This document shows positions 1 to 11,958 of a stretch of DNA of 55,497 bases, piece after piece; positions within the stretch are counted from its first letter, which is position 1, and each line of letters starts with the position of its first letter. Under the pieces are notes generated by a model that saw only the letters and a list, made by a program, of their open reading frames with translations, was not told the DNA's origin and made no database searches. The stretch spans positions 1-55,497 of the forward strand of contig NW_021833592.1 in NCBI RefSeq assembly GCF_006345805.1. The letters are read 5' to 3'. This DNA comes from Octopus sinensis (lineage: Eukaryota). The translations under genes and the position numbers were made by a program.

Positions 1-256
1 CATTGCATTGTCCCCCCCAACATTGCTTGACAACCAATGCTGGTGTGTTTATGTCCCTGTAACACATTGCATTTGTTCCCCCAACATTGCTTGACAACCA
101 ATGCTGGTGTGTTTGTGTCCCCATAACACATTGCATTTGTCCGCCCAACATTGCTTGACAACCAATGCTGGTGTGTTTATGTCCCCACAACTTAGCAGTT
201 CGGCAAAAGAGACCGACAGAATAAGTACTAGGCTTAGAAAAAATAAGTCCTGGTGA
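1..256 (+). mobile_element. SINE family A 3' portion with a ~64-bp segment triplicated
   Basis: Three copies of cattgc...cattgcttgacaaccaatgctggtgtgttt (1-180), then continues as the family A tail (cttagcagttcggcaaaagagaccgacagaataagtac) seen at 22380-22500. Confidence 0.8.
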
Positions 257-361
257 TGGAAAGGGTTCTGTTAAATGAAACCCTAAAAATCTAGCTACTC
301 CTCAAGAAAAGGCACAATGTGAATTGGGATTTATTGAAAGAAAATCGGTCATGCAGACCCA

Positions 362-531
362 GTGTCACTAGGTGCAAGGTGTGTCACATGTCAGGTGTCA
401 GAGGGATTGCAGAGCAGTGTGAGATGAAGTGTTTTGCTCAAGAATACAACACACTACCCAGTCTAGGGATTGAAATCACAGTCGCTAGATTGTGAGCGCA
501 ACACCCTAACCACTTAGCCATGCGCCCTCAG
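362..531 (-). mobile_element. Diverged tRNA-derived SINE (family B / CORE-like) 5' part
   Basis: Reverse complement reads gagggcgcatggctaagtggttagggtgttg...gatttcaatccc (A/B-box-like) then tgttgtattcttgagcaaaacacttc, as in 37966-38310. Confidence 0.65.
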
Positions 532-545
532 TAATAATAATAATA

Positions 546-993
546 ATAAATTAATATGACTGTCCCAATCGATATAAACGTATCTGTCAAGACCTACCAA
601 AAACTGAGCAAATATAAAGATCTTGAAATAGAAATCAGCAAAATGTGGAACCTGAAGACTAAAACAATACCTGTTGTCATAGGTGCTCTGGGAATGATAG
701 CAAAAGGGGCTGATTGCTACCTAACTCGGATACCAGGAAACCCAAAAATGGCAGAAATTCAAAAGATAGTGCTCATGGGAACTGCTCATATTCTACGCAA
801 AATACTTTCTATGTAATCTCAAGGTTTAAAACAAACTTTTTTTTTTTTAGACATCCACTAGTACAACACAAAAAACAACCAAATATATGGCACACTAGGC
901 ATAACAACAACGTGAACTTCCAACCTGTTGTCTCTTGCGGTCTCTGGGTGAGACTTGAAGCCAATTTGTACAAATATAAAGCAAAAGTCAAAC

Positions 994-1070
<77 letters not shown>
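546..1070 (+). mobile_element. 5'-truncated R4/Dong-like LINE with 3' UTR and (TAA)~24 tail
   Basis: (TAA)n at 533-548, RLE ORF, ~180-bp UTR, (TAA)n at 997-1070. Confidence 0.75.
556..816 (+). pseudogene. C-terminal restriction-like endonuclease fragment of an R4/Dong-like non-LTR retrotransposon
   Basis: [47 protein letters not shown] matches the RLE C-terminal pattern (VP.D..+..K..K..KY..L..EI...W......P+++GALG); 5'-truncated; flanked by (TAA)n. Confidence 0.8.
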
Positions 1071-1071
<1 letters not shown>

Positions 1072-2181
1072 GTGCCCTGGTGCAGTACCAGGCACTAGCT
1101 CTCATGGCTTCTGATCTTAACTGATTGGAAGTGTTATCATGTACATTGTTTTGTCTTGGTATAAAAGATCTGCTGCAGCAAATATTCTGCTCAATACCAC
1201 AGATTTACTAATGCCTGATGCCGTACAGGCAGTGGCTCTCATGGCTTTGATCTTAACTGATGGAAGTGTTATCATCTACATTGTTTTGTCTTGGTGTAAA
1301 AGATGGCCTACAGCAAATATTCTGCTCAATACCACAGATTTGCTAATGCCCTGATGCAGTACCAGGCAGTGGCTCTCGTAGCTTCTGATCTTAACTGATT
1401 GGAAGTGTTATCATGTACATTGTTTGTTTCTTGGTAAAAAGATGGGCTACAGCAAATATTCTGCTCAATACCACAGATTTGCTAATGCCCTGATGCAGTA
1501 CCAGGCAGTGGCTCTCATGGCTTCTGATCTTAACTGATTGGAAGTGTTATCATCTACATTGTTTTGTCTTGGTGTAAAAGATGGCCTACAGCAAATATTC
1601 TGCTCAATACCACAGATTTGCTAATGCCCTGATGCAGTACCAGGCAGTGGCTCTCGTAGCTTCTGATCTTAACTGATTGGAAGTGTTATCATGTACTTTG
1701 TTTTGTCTTGGTATAAAAGATGGGCTACAGCAAATATTCTGCTCAATACCACAGATTTGCTTGTCAGTTGTTTGACCTTAAAACAGTTGAGCATGTCCCT
1801 TAGTGGCTGACGATATGTGCATCTCTGATCATGAGCAGAAGTAGTGGGGAAGCATCATGGTCATGTGTTGAGAGGGATTCTTTGAGGTTTGAATAATTCA
1901 CCTTTGGAAACATGGGTGTTTTGTTCAACAACCTTAAACAACCCTTATTCAGGGACCTTTTTAGCAGTATGGGCTACTCGAACAGAAGAAAATTCTAACT
2001 GGGCCCCCACCTGCAAGGTCATGCACTGTTTACCTTGATATGAGATCACTATGTCGCACACATTTGGTTGTGATGCATGTGCCTGGTGTACCCTTATTAG
2101 ACCGGTAGTCATGATGGGTATACTGGGCTTCGTATATTTTACCCCAGTGTCACTTTGATGGCATGCACTGCTTTCTCACTC
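1071..2181 (+). mobile_element. Element T (~560-bp non-coding (TAA)-tailed repeat), 5' 139 bp in 5 tandem copies
   Basis: Units start at 1071, 1210, 1345, 1484, 1623; the last runs into a 420-bp body ending ctcactc(aat)n. Second copy at 11959-13070. Confidence 0.85.
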
Positions 2182-2282
2182 AATAATAATAATAATGATA
2201 ATAATAGCAGCTTAAGATCAATGCCTACTTATAAGGAACTACCAACGCCAATATATTAAAGAATGGCAGTAGCCCAACAGGT

Positions 2283-2812
2283 ACTCTTTTACTTGTTTCA
2301 GTCATTTGACTGCGGCCATGCTGGAGCACCGCCTTTAGTCGAGCAAATCGACCCCGGGACTTATTCTTTGTAAGCCCAGTACTTATTCTATCGGTCTCTT
2401 GCCGAACTGCTAGGTGACGGGGTCGTAAACACACCAGCATCAGTTGTCAAGCAATGCTAAGAGGACAAACACAGACACACAAACACACACATACACATAT
2501 ATATATATATATACACACAAGGCATTGCTCGGCCCGGGGCTATAGCAGAAGACACCTGCCCAAGATACCACGCAGTGGGACTGAACCCGGAACCATGTGG
2601 TTGGTTAGCAAGCTACTTAGCACACAGCCACTCCGCCTATATATACATATATATGACAGGCTTCTTTCAGTTTCCGTCTACCAAATCCACTCACAAAGCA
2701 TTGGTCGGCCCGGGGCTATAGCAGAAGACACCTGCCCAAGATACCACGCAGTGGGACTGAACCCGGAACCATATGGTTGGTTAGCAAGCTACTTAGCACA
2801 CAGCCACTCCTG
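2283..2812 (-). mobile_element. SINE family A with duplicated 5' half
   Basis: Tail at 2283, internal (CA)/(TA) tract, head to ~2640, second head 2655-2812. Confidence 0.85.
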
Positions 2813-3012
2813 CGCAACAAAATGTAAACAACAAAATGAAACCATTGATCATGCTGTCTCCATGTGCAGCCTTCTTGTGCCAAGGGTATCTCAACAGGCA
2901 TGATAGAGCAGCTCAGTATATTCACTGGGTAATTCGTAAAGACTTGGACCTGCCCCATGATAAAAACTAGTGAGAACACAAGCCACCTCCAGTGCTTGGA
3001 AATGACCACATT
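2812..3012 (+). pseudogene. R4/Dong-like CCHC zinc-knuckle fragment
   Basis: KCKQQNETIDHAVSMCSLL then, after a frameshift, RHDRAAQYIHWVIRKDLDLPHDKN*..HKPPPVL; typical region upstream of an RLE. Confidence 0.7.
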
Positions 3013-3039
3013 TTTAAATGGGCTGGTTATGTGACACTG

Positions 3040-4135
3040 GTGTAGGCTACGGCTGTGATCTCACTTTCCTTGTCGGGTCTTCTCGATCACAGCATATCTG
3101 CAGTGGTCTCGGTCTTTTGTCATTGTCTCTGTGAGGCCCAGCGTTCGAAGGTCATGCTTCACCACCTCATCCTAGGTCTTCTTGTGTCTACCTCTTCCAC
3201 AGGTTCCCTCTACTGCTAGGGGTGGTCTCAGTCTTTTGTCATTGCCCCTGTAAGGCCCAGCGTTCGAAGGTCATGCTTCACCACCTCATCCTAGGTCTTC
3301 TTGTGTCTACCTCTTCCACAGGTTCCCTCTACTGCTAGGGGCGGTCTCGGTCCTTCGTCATTTCCCCTGTGAGGCCCAGCGTTCGAAGGTCATGCTTCAC
3401 CACCTCATCCTAGGTCTTCCTGGGTTACCTCTTCCACAGGTTCCCTCTACTGCTAGGGGCGGTCTCGGTCTTTCGTCATTGCCCCTGTGAGGTCCAGCGT
3501 TTGAAGGTCATGCTTCACCACCTCATCCTAGGTCTTCCTAGGTCTACCCCTTCCACAGGTTCCCTCTACTGCTAGGGGTGGTCTCGGTCTTTCGTCATTG
3601 CCCCTGTGAGGTCCAGCGTTTGAAGGTCATGCTTCACCACCTCATCCTAGGTCTTCCTAGGTCTACCCCTTCCACAGGTTCCCTCTACTGCTAGGGGTGG
3701 TCTCGGTCTTTCGTCATTGCCCCTGTGAGGCCCAGCGTTCGAAGGTCATGCTTCACCACCTCATCCTAGGTCTACCTCTTCCACGGGTTCCCTCTACTGC
3801 TAGGGTGTGATACTTTTTCACACAGCTCTCCTCATCCATACACAGCACATGACCACACCAGCGCAGTCATCTCTCTTGCACGCCACATCCGATGCTTCTT
3901 ATGTTCAACATTTCTCTCGGGGCTCTTACACTCTGTGGTGTGTGCACACTGACATTACACATCCAGCGTATCATACTAGCTTCATTTCTTTCAAGCCTAC
4001 ATGTGTCCTCAGCCCATGTTTCACTGCTGTGTAGCATGGCAGTTTGCACACATGCATCATACAATCTACCTTTCACTCTGTACGCAAGAGGCCCATTATC
4101 ACCAGTAGATGTAGGAGCTTTCTGAACTTTGTCCA
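3040..4135 (-). mobile_element. RTE-clade LINE 3' remnant with an internal 6 x 119-bp array
   Basis: Minus-strand ORF KGRLYDACVQTAMLHSSETWAEDTCRLERNEASMIRWMCNV; the repeated unit encodes GRGRPRKTWDEVVKHDLRTLGLT. Units at 3105, 3224, 3343, 3461, 3580, 3699. Confidence 0.8.
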
Positions 4136-4170
4136 GGCAGGTAATTTAGTGGGTAACCATAGTTCAATTT

Positions 4171-4359
4171 ATATAGGCGAGAAGAAAACGGGGGGCAAAT
4201 AACAATCAGAAGTGTGTCATTTGCGCTAGTAAGCCTTTATTTAATTAGCAAATAAAGGTGAGAGTGGGAGTGAACACCTTTATTTACTAATTAAATAAAG
4301 GCTTACTAGCGCAAAAGACACACTTCTGTTTGTTATTTGTCCCCCATTTTCTTCTCGCC

Positions 4360-4364
<5 letters not shown>
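4171..4364. repeat. Fold-back hairpin, ~90-bp arms, 14-nt loop
   Basis: 4171-4260 is the near-perfect reverse complement of 4275-4364; abuts a (TA)n tract. Confidence 0.9.
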
Positions 4365-4398
<34 letters not shown>

Positions 4399-4413
4399 GT
4401 ATATATTATTATT

Positions 4414-4462
<49 letters not shown>

Positions 4463-4630
4463 GTGTATATATATGTATAATATATGTATATATATATGTA
4501 TATATATTATGTATATGTATATGTATATATATGTATATATATGTATATGTATATATATGTATATGTATATATATGTATATGTATATATATATGTATATGT
4601 ATATATATGTATTATATATATACATATATA
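4361..4630. repeat. (TA)n/(TATATG)n microsatellite
   Basis: Direct reading. Confidence 0.95.
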
Positions 4631-5087
4631 TAAATTTTAGTTCATTGATTAAACCTCGCCAAGTTAAATATTTAAACCACCTGATGAATGACTGTACCTC
4701 GAAAATTTAAAGAAATTAACAGCCATGAACGATCGTAGTGTTATATTAATTATATTTTTTTAATAATTTGTTATATATTTAAATAATATAATTAAATAAT
4801 CTTATGTATTGGCTTAAGTTTTTCATTGTATGATTTGCCTAATAGTGGTTTGTCTCTAATTTAATATAATATAATATTTTACTATAAAATGGATTCAATC
4901 CTAAATCTGATTTTTCCCCGTAAGTTTGGATTTATTCCCTAATATTTATTATATATATATATATATATATATATAGCAATTAAGGAAACTACTTAATAAG
5001 GAAAACTTAACAAGAATTGTCAGGTAGATAGCGTAAAAACCTCATAAGAGAAAAATTTCGAAAATAATTATTTCTTATTGAACATAT

Positions 5088-5276
5088 TAATTTATATATA
5101 GAGGGCATTATACATACATGCCAGGAGGCATTCTACATACACGCCATACGCTAAGAGGGACAATCAGTCATTTCTACCAAAATTTTGGGTAGAAATGACT
5201 GATTGTCCCTCTTAGCGTATGGCGTGTATGTAGAATGCCTCCTGGCATGTATGTATAATGCCCTCTATATATAAAT

Positions 5277-5278
<2 letters not shown>
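5088..5278. repeat. ~190-bp essentially loopless palindrome
   Basis: Centre ccaaaa|ttttgg at 5182/5183 with one extra G; arms match out to the TA tracts. Confidence 0.9.
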
Positions 5279-5307
<29 letters not shown>

Positions 5308-5404
5308 ATATATATATGTATATATTTGAAACCAGTTATGATTCTAAGAAATCGGCATCACCCTTCCCCACCTTGCACCCACTCCACTAAGACCACCACT
5401 GTCT

Positions 5405-6115
5405 TTATCATCATCAGCATCACCACCATCATCATCATCATCCCCATCTTCATCATCATCACCACTATCATCATCATCATCATCATCATCATCGTCATTG
5501 TAATCATCATCATCCTCATCATCATCCCCATCTTCATCATCATCACCATTATCATCGTTATCACCAACATCATCATCATCGTCGTCATCATCGTCGTCAT
5601 CATTATCATCATCATCATCATCATCATCTCCCCATCTTCATCATCATCACCATTATCATCGTCATCACCGTCATCGTCATCACCGTCATCGTCATCACCG
5701 TCATCGTCATCACCGTCATCGTCATCACCGTCATCGTCATCACCGTCATCGTCATCACCGTCATCGTCATCACCGTCATCGTCATCACCGTCATCGTCAT
5801 CACCGTCATCGTCATCACCGTCATCGTCATCACCGTCATCGTCATCACCGTCATCGTCATCACCGTCATCGTCATCACCGTCATCGTCATCACCGTCATC
5901 GTCATCACCGTCATCGTCATCACCGTCATCGTCATCACCGTCATCGTCATCACCGTCATCGTCATCACCGTCATCGTCATCACCGTCATCGTCATCACCG
6001 TCATCGTCATCACCGTCATCGTCATCACCGTCATCGTCATCACCGTCATCGTCATCACCGTCATCGTCATCACCGTCATCGTCATCACCGTCATCGTCAT
6101 CACCGTGATCATCAA
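5405..6115. repeat. (CAT)n-rich tract with a perfect 15-bp array (TCATCGTCATCACCG x ~30)
   Basis: Invariant 15-bp period from ~5660 to 6105. Confidence 0.95.
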
Positions 6116-6589
6116 CACCATCATCAACTGTTACCGTCATCACTACCATTGTCATAACCACCGTCACCCCCATTGTTCCACTGCCGCCTTTCCACTCCTC
6201 CCCCTCCTCTAATTCCCCCTCCCCCTCCTCCTCCTCCCCTCCCTCTTCATTCTTGTTCATTTATTCCTTATCACTGTTCCACTCCATATCCTTCATTCAG
6301 TTCCCCCACCCACCCGTCCACCCAACCATCCACCCACCCACCCACCTCCGCCTTCATTCATTCACTGATTTTTATTCATTCGTTTGTCTATTTGTTTATT
6401 TATTTATTTATTTTATTTGTTATGTTTTAATTTATTTTACTTATTTATTTGTTGTTGTTGTTGGCCTCCCAGATACTTTCAGCTCATTTCAAGACTTCAT
6501 GCAAGCACACCACCACCCCCCAGACACACCCAAACAACCCCCCCCCCAACACACACACACACTTCAGCATAGAAAAGATGTCAAGTGAT

Positions 6590-6600
6590 TATGATGATAC

Positions 6601-6640
<40 letters not shown>

Positions 6641-6704
6641 ATACACAGAGATATATACATACACACACACACCCACATATATATATACACACACACATAT
6701 ATAG

Positions 6705-6752
<48 letters not shown>

Positions 6753-6818
6753 GTACACACACAGAGATATATACATACACACACACACACATATATATAT
6801 ACACACACACAGGTACAT

Positions 6819-6853
<35 letters not shown>

Positions 6854-7225
6854 CATATATGCACACACATATATAAATATATATATATTACACCCCACAT
6901 ATATACACATATATATATATGTATGAAAAAAACATATATATATAATATATAGACATATACACACACATACACACATTTATATATATGTCTATATATATGT
7001 GTGTGTGTGTTTGTGTGTGTATACACACACCCCAACACACATGCACATACATATACACATACAAACACATGTGAATGCTTATACAAACACGCACACACAC
7101 ATTTATATATATGTCTGTATATATGTGTGTGTGTGTTTGTGTGTGTATACACACACACCCACACACACACATGCACATATACACATACACACACACACAC
7201 ACACCACACACACACACACACATAC
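6590..7225. repeat. Compound (CA)n/(TA)n/(TG)n microsatellite
   Basis: Direct reading. Confidence 0.95.
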
Positions 7226-7675
7226 ATTCATTCCTCCATAGCAATTTTCAAGTTCATTTAAAAACCTCTTAACCAACCATATTCACTTGCCCACCAACCC
7301 ACCCATGTCGACCACCCAATAATCCTGACAGTGTCGCCTCTTCTTTGTTCAAAATCAATATTTTTTTAATAAATTCCACATGGCATTTTCGTATGCCTCT
7401 GATATTGTTGTTTTGCAATATTTTTCTCATATTTTTCACGATTATTCGATATTCTTGCCTCCTTTCAACCCCAATTTATTATTGAACAAGGACAGTAGGT
7501 TTTTGGGGGGTTACTCTCCACATCTTAACCCCTTTTCTCTGTGATGCTTTTACCTCAATGCATCTCAAAGTAATTTCGTTCCTCTTTTTAGTCATATTTC
7601 ATCTATTTTAATTCATTTTTTCTCCAAATTTTTATTATTATTATTATTATTTTTATTATTATTATTATTATTATT

Positions 7676-10600
7676 CATCGTTTAGTGTCCGCTTTCCATG
7701 CTAGCATGGGTTGGATGGTTCGACTGGGGTCTGGGAAGCCAGAAGGCTGCACCAGGCCCAGTCTGATCTGGCAGTGTTTCTACGGCTGGATGCCCTTCCT
7801 AACGCCAACCACTCCATGAGTGTAGTCGGTGCTTTCCATGCTAGCATGGGTTGGATGGTTCGACTGGGGTCTGGGAAGCCAGAAGGCTGCACCAGGCCCA
7901 GTCTGATCTGGCAGTGTTTCTACGGCTGGATGCCCTTCCTAACGCCAACCACTCCATGAGTGTAGTCGGTGCTTTCCATGCTAGCATGGGTTGGATGGTT
8001 CGACTGGGGTCTGGGAAGCCAGAAGGCTGCACCAGGCCCAGTCTGATCTGGCAGTGTTTCTACGGCTGGATGCCCTTCCTAACACCAACCACTCCATGAG
8101 TGTAGTCGGTGCTTTCCATGCTAGCATGGGTTGGATGGTTCAACTGGGGTCTGGGAAGCCAGAAGGCTGCACCAGGCCCAGTTTGATCTGGCAATGTTTC
8201 TACGGCTGGATGCCCTTCCTAACACCAACCACTCCGTGAGTGTAGTGGGTGCTTTCCATGCTAGCATGGGTTGGATGGTTCAACTGGGGTCTGGGAAGCC
8301 AGAAGGCTGCACCAGGCCCAGTTTGATCTGGCAATGTTTCTACGGCTGGATGCCCTTCCTAACACCAACCACTCCGTGAGTGTAGTGGGTGCTTTCCATG
8401 CTAGCATGGGTTGGATGGTTCAACTGGGGTCTGGGAAGCCAGAAGGCTGCACCAGGCCCAGTTTGATCTGGCAATGTTTCTACGGCTGGATGCCCTTCCT
8501 AACACCAACCACTCCGTGAGTGTAGTCGGTGCTTTCCATGCTAGCATGGGTTGGACGGTTTGACCGGGGTCTGGGAAGCCAGAAGGCTGCACCAGGCCCA
8601 GTTGATCTGGCAATGTTTCTCTACGGCTGGATGCCCTTCCTAACAACCAACCACTCCGTGAGTGTAGTCGGTTGCTTTCCATGCTAGCATGGGTTGGATG
8701 GTTCAACTGGGGTCTGGGAAGCCAGAAGGCTGCACCAGGCCCAGTTGATCTGGCAATGTTTCTACGGCTGGATGCCCTTCCTAACACCAACCACTCCGTG
8801 AGTGTAGTCGGTGCTTTCCATGCTAGCATAGGTTGGATGGTTCAACTGGGGTCTGGGAAGCCAGAAGGCTGCACCAGGCCCAGTCTGATCTGGCAATGTT
8901 TCTACGGCTGGATGCCCTTCCTAACACCAACCACTCCGTGAGTGTAGTGGGTGCTTTCCATGCTAGCATGGGTTGGATGGTTCAACTGGGGTCTGGGAAG
9001 CCAGAAGGCTGCACCAGGCCCAGTTTGATCTGGCAATGTTTCTACGGCTGGATGCCCTTCCTAACACAACCACTCGTGAGTGTAGTCGGTGCTTCCATGC
9101 TAGCATGGGTTGGATGGTTCAACTGGGGTCTGGGAAGCCAGAGGCTGCACCAGGCCCAGTCTGATCTGGCAATGTTTCTACGGCTGGATGCCCTTCCTAA
9201 CACCAACCACTCGTGAGTGTAGTGTAGTGGGTGCTTTCCATGCTGGCATGGGTTGGATGGTTCAACTGGGGTCTGGGAAGCCAGAAGGCTGCACCAGGCC
9301 CAGTTTGATCTGGCAATGTTTCTACGGCTGGATGCCCTTCCTAACACCAACCACTCCGTGAGTGTAGTCGGTGCTTTCCATGCTAGCATGGGTTGGATGG
9401 TTCAACTGGGGTCTGGGAAGCCAGAAGGCTGCACCAGGCCCAGTTTGATCTGGCAATGTTTCTACGGCTGGATGCCCTTCCTAACACCAACCACTCCGTG
9501 AGTGTAGTCGGTGCTTTCCATGCTAGCATGGGTTGGATGGTTCAACTGGGGTCTGGGAAGCCAGAAGGCTGCACCAGGCCCAGTTTGATCTGGCAATGTT
9601 TCTACGGCTGGATGCCCTTCCTAACACCAACCACTCCGTGAGTGTAGTCGGTGCTTTCCATGCTAGCATGGGTTGGATGGTTCGACTGGGGTCTGGGAAG
9701 CCAGAAGGCTGCACCAGGCCCAGTCTGATCTGGCAATGTTTCTACGGCTGGATGCCCTTCCTAACACCAACCACTCCGTGAGTGTAGTCGGTGCTTTCCA
9801 TGCTAGCATGGGTTGGACGGTTCAACTGGGGTCTGGGAAGCCAGAAGGCTGCACCAGGCCCAGTTTGATCTGGCAATGTTTCTACGGCTGGATGCCCTTC
9901 CTAACGCCAACCACTCCGTGAGTGTAGTGGGTGCTTTCCATGCTGGCATGGGTTGGACGGTTCAACTGGGGTCTGGGAAGCCAGAAGGCTGCACCAGGCC
10001 CAGTCTGATCTGGCAATGTTTCTACGGCTGGATGCCCTTCCTAACACCAACCACTCCGTGAGTGTAGTCGGTGCTTTCCATGCTGGCATGGGTTGGATGG
10101 TTCAACTGGGGTCTGGGAAGCCAGAAGGCTGCACCAGGCCCAGTTTGATCTGGCAATGTTTCTACGGCTGGATGCCCTTCCTAACACCAACCACTCCGTG
10201 AGTGTAGTGGGTGCTTTCCATGCTGGCATGGGTTGGACGGTTCAACTGGGGTCTGGGAAGCCAGAAGGCTGCACCAGGCCCAGTTTGATCTGGCAATGTT
10301 TCTACGGCTGGATGCCCTTCCTAACACCAACCACTCCGTGAGTGTAGTCGGTGCTTTCCATGCTGGCATGGGTTGGATGGTTCAACTGGGGTCTGGGAAG
10401 CCAGAAGGCTGCACCAGGCCCAGTTTGATCTGGCAATGTTTCTACGGCTGGATGCCCTTCCTAACGCCAACCACTCCATGAGTATAGTGGGTGCTTTCCA
10501 TGCTAGCATGGGTTGGACGGTTCAACTGGGGTCTGGGAAACCAGAAGGCTGCACCAGGCCCAGTCTGATCTGGCAATGTTTCTACGGCTGGATGCCCTTC

Positions 10601-10680
10601 CTAACGCCAACCACTCCATGAGTGTAGTGGGTGCTTTTTACGTGCCACCAGCACGGAGACCAGACGAAGCTGGCAACGGC
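7676..10680 (-). repeat. 21 x 140-bp tandem array from the 3' part of dispersed element G
   Basis: Units start at 7691, 7831, 7971 ... 10493; first unit carries the element end (catcgtttag), last continues into ttttacgtgccacc. Monomeric copies at 32757, 33259, 40192, 42456, 47591. Confidence 0.9.
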
Positions 10681-10726
<46 letters not shown>

Positions 10727-11043
10727 TTCTGCCTTTGCTAAGGCGGAGGTATTGTTTTAGTTGCATTTGTTTGTTCTTGTCTGTCTGTGGACAAGATATC
10801 TCAAGAACCACTGGATGGATTCGGATGAAAATTTCAGGGATATTTGGCCTCATGACTGACACAAACTGATTAGATTTTGGGAGCGATCTGGTACCGGACA
10901 AGGATTCTGGATTATTGAGGGCAGTCAGGCTCATTTTAGTATTCTCATTTGTGAGAGCGGTCAAGTTTATTTCAGATATTCTCATTTTAAAAATCATCCC
11001 TGGCTAATTGCTGAGAGGACGTTGGTGTTACCTTGGCAGAGGT
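10727..11043 (+). mobile_element. Non-autonomous Helentron-associated (HINE/DINE-1-like) element, in a (TTA)n tract
   Basis: Ends ctgcctttgctaaggcggaggtattg and ccttggcagaggt, with an internal (TTTG/TCTG) stretch and gatatctcaagaaccactggatggatt; architecture recalled for HINE-type repeats. Confidence 0.5.
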
Positions 11044-11049
11044 TACATT

Positions 11050-11800
11050 TATTATTATTTTACATTTAACTTAGGGTTTGTTGGAACTCCAGAAGCTTTG
11101 TATGAACAGCAGGCTTGCTGCCTGTGGCCTATGGTACCATGCTATCTATTCTTTCTAACCATCTTATGCTTTCCTGATTATTCTGGCCACGCCAAGGAGC
11201 CAGACCTTTCGTAACAATCCTACTGGGCACTCTCTTCCGAATTCCTTCTATATTCTTCTTGACCCCTTCTGATACTGTCCCCAAAGACCCAACAATAATT
11301 GGCACTATCTTCACCTTCATTTTCCATTTCCAGGCTATTTCATACTTAAGAGGGTTCTATCTATCTATCTTTTCACCTTCCTTCTTCACTATTTGTGGGT
11401 CAAAGGGGCATGCAACATCAACTATGTAGCTTATGTGGTGCACCTTGTCCACTACCTCTAGGGTTGGTCTGTTATGCTCTAGCACCTGACCTGTTTGGAT
11501 TGGGAAATCCCAGAGGATTTTGCTAGTCTCCAAATCTTCCACTATCTGTGGGTTGTGCTCATACCACGTCTTGCCTCTCTCTAGCCCCACTTTTTGCACA
11601 GTTTCCAATGTAGCACTTTCAGTACCTGGTCGTGTTGCCACAACTTGTAGTGGTTTGGGGCAAGTCTTAGGCATTCGTTTATGCCTAGGGGCAATAGTTT
11701 CACCCACTCTACTGCAGATGAAACACAATGGAAACACTCATCGCTAAGGTTCACCCTCCAGTTTGTGGCCAAAGCTTGGTCCTGTGCTGCCAGTATAGTT
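11050..11800 (-). pseudogene. R4/Dong-like LINE 3' remnant (CCHC knuckle + RLE, frameshifted)
   Basis: PLCFICSRVGETI / ECLRLAPNHYKLWQHDQVLKVLHWKLCKKWG / WYEHNPQ..KILWDFPIQT..HNRP..VVDK..IVDVACPFD..KEGEK / VPIIVGSLG across three frames; ends at taataataa near 11050. Confidence 0.85.
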
Positions 11801-11804
11801 TGTG

Positions 11805-11938
11805 TCAGTCATGAGGCCAAACATCCCTGAAAGTTTCATCAGAATCCATCTTGAGCGGTTCTTGAGATATCTTGTCCATGGACAAACAAACAAACACCAC
11901 TGAAAACAATGCCTCTGCTGTCGTTAAGGCAGAGGTAA
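11805..11938 (-). mobile_element. Partial second HINE-like copy, inverted relative to 10727-10870
   Basis: Reverse-complement match over ~135 bp. Confidence 0.6.
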
Positions 11939-11958
11939 TAATGAAGATGATGGTAATA

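Noticed and set aside
5326-6260. Long Ser/Pro, Asp/Gly and Met/Thr repeat ORFs
   Set aside because: Translations of a stop-free 15-bp/CAT microsatellite.
6440-6590. Possible small exon after ...ggcctcccag
   Set aside because: No convincing donor or recognisable peptide; it runs into low-complexity sequence.
7711-10621. Series of 82-aa ORFs (MDGSTGVWEARR...) as a tandem gene family
   Set aside because: They are by-products of the 140-bp period; the same text occurs in dispersed non-coding copies; no domain is recognisable.
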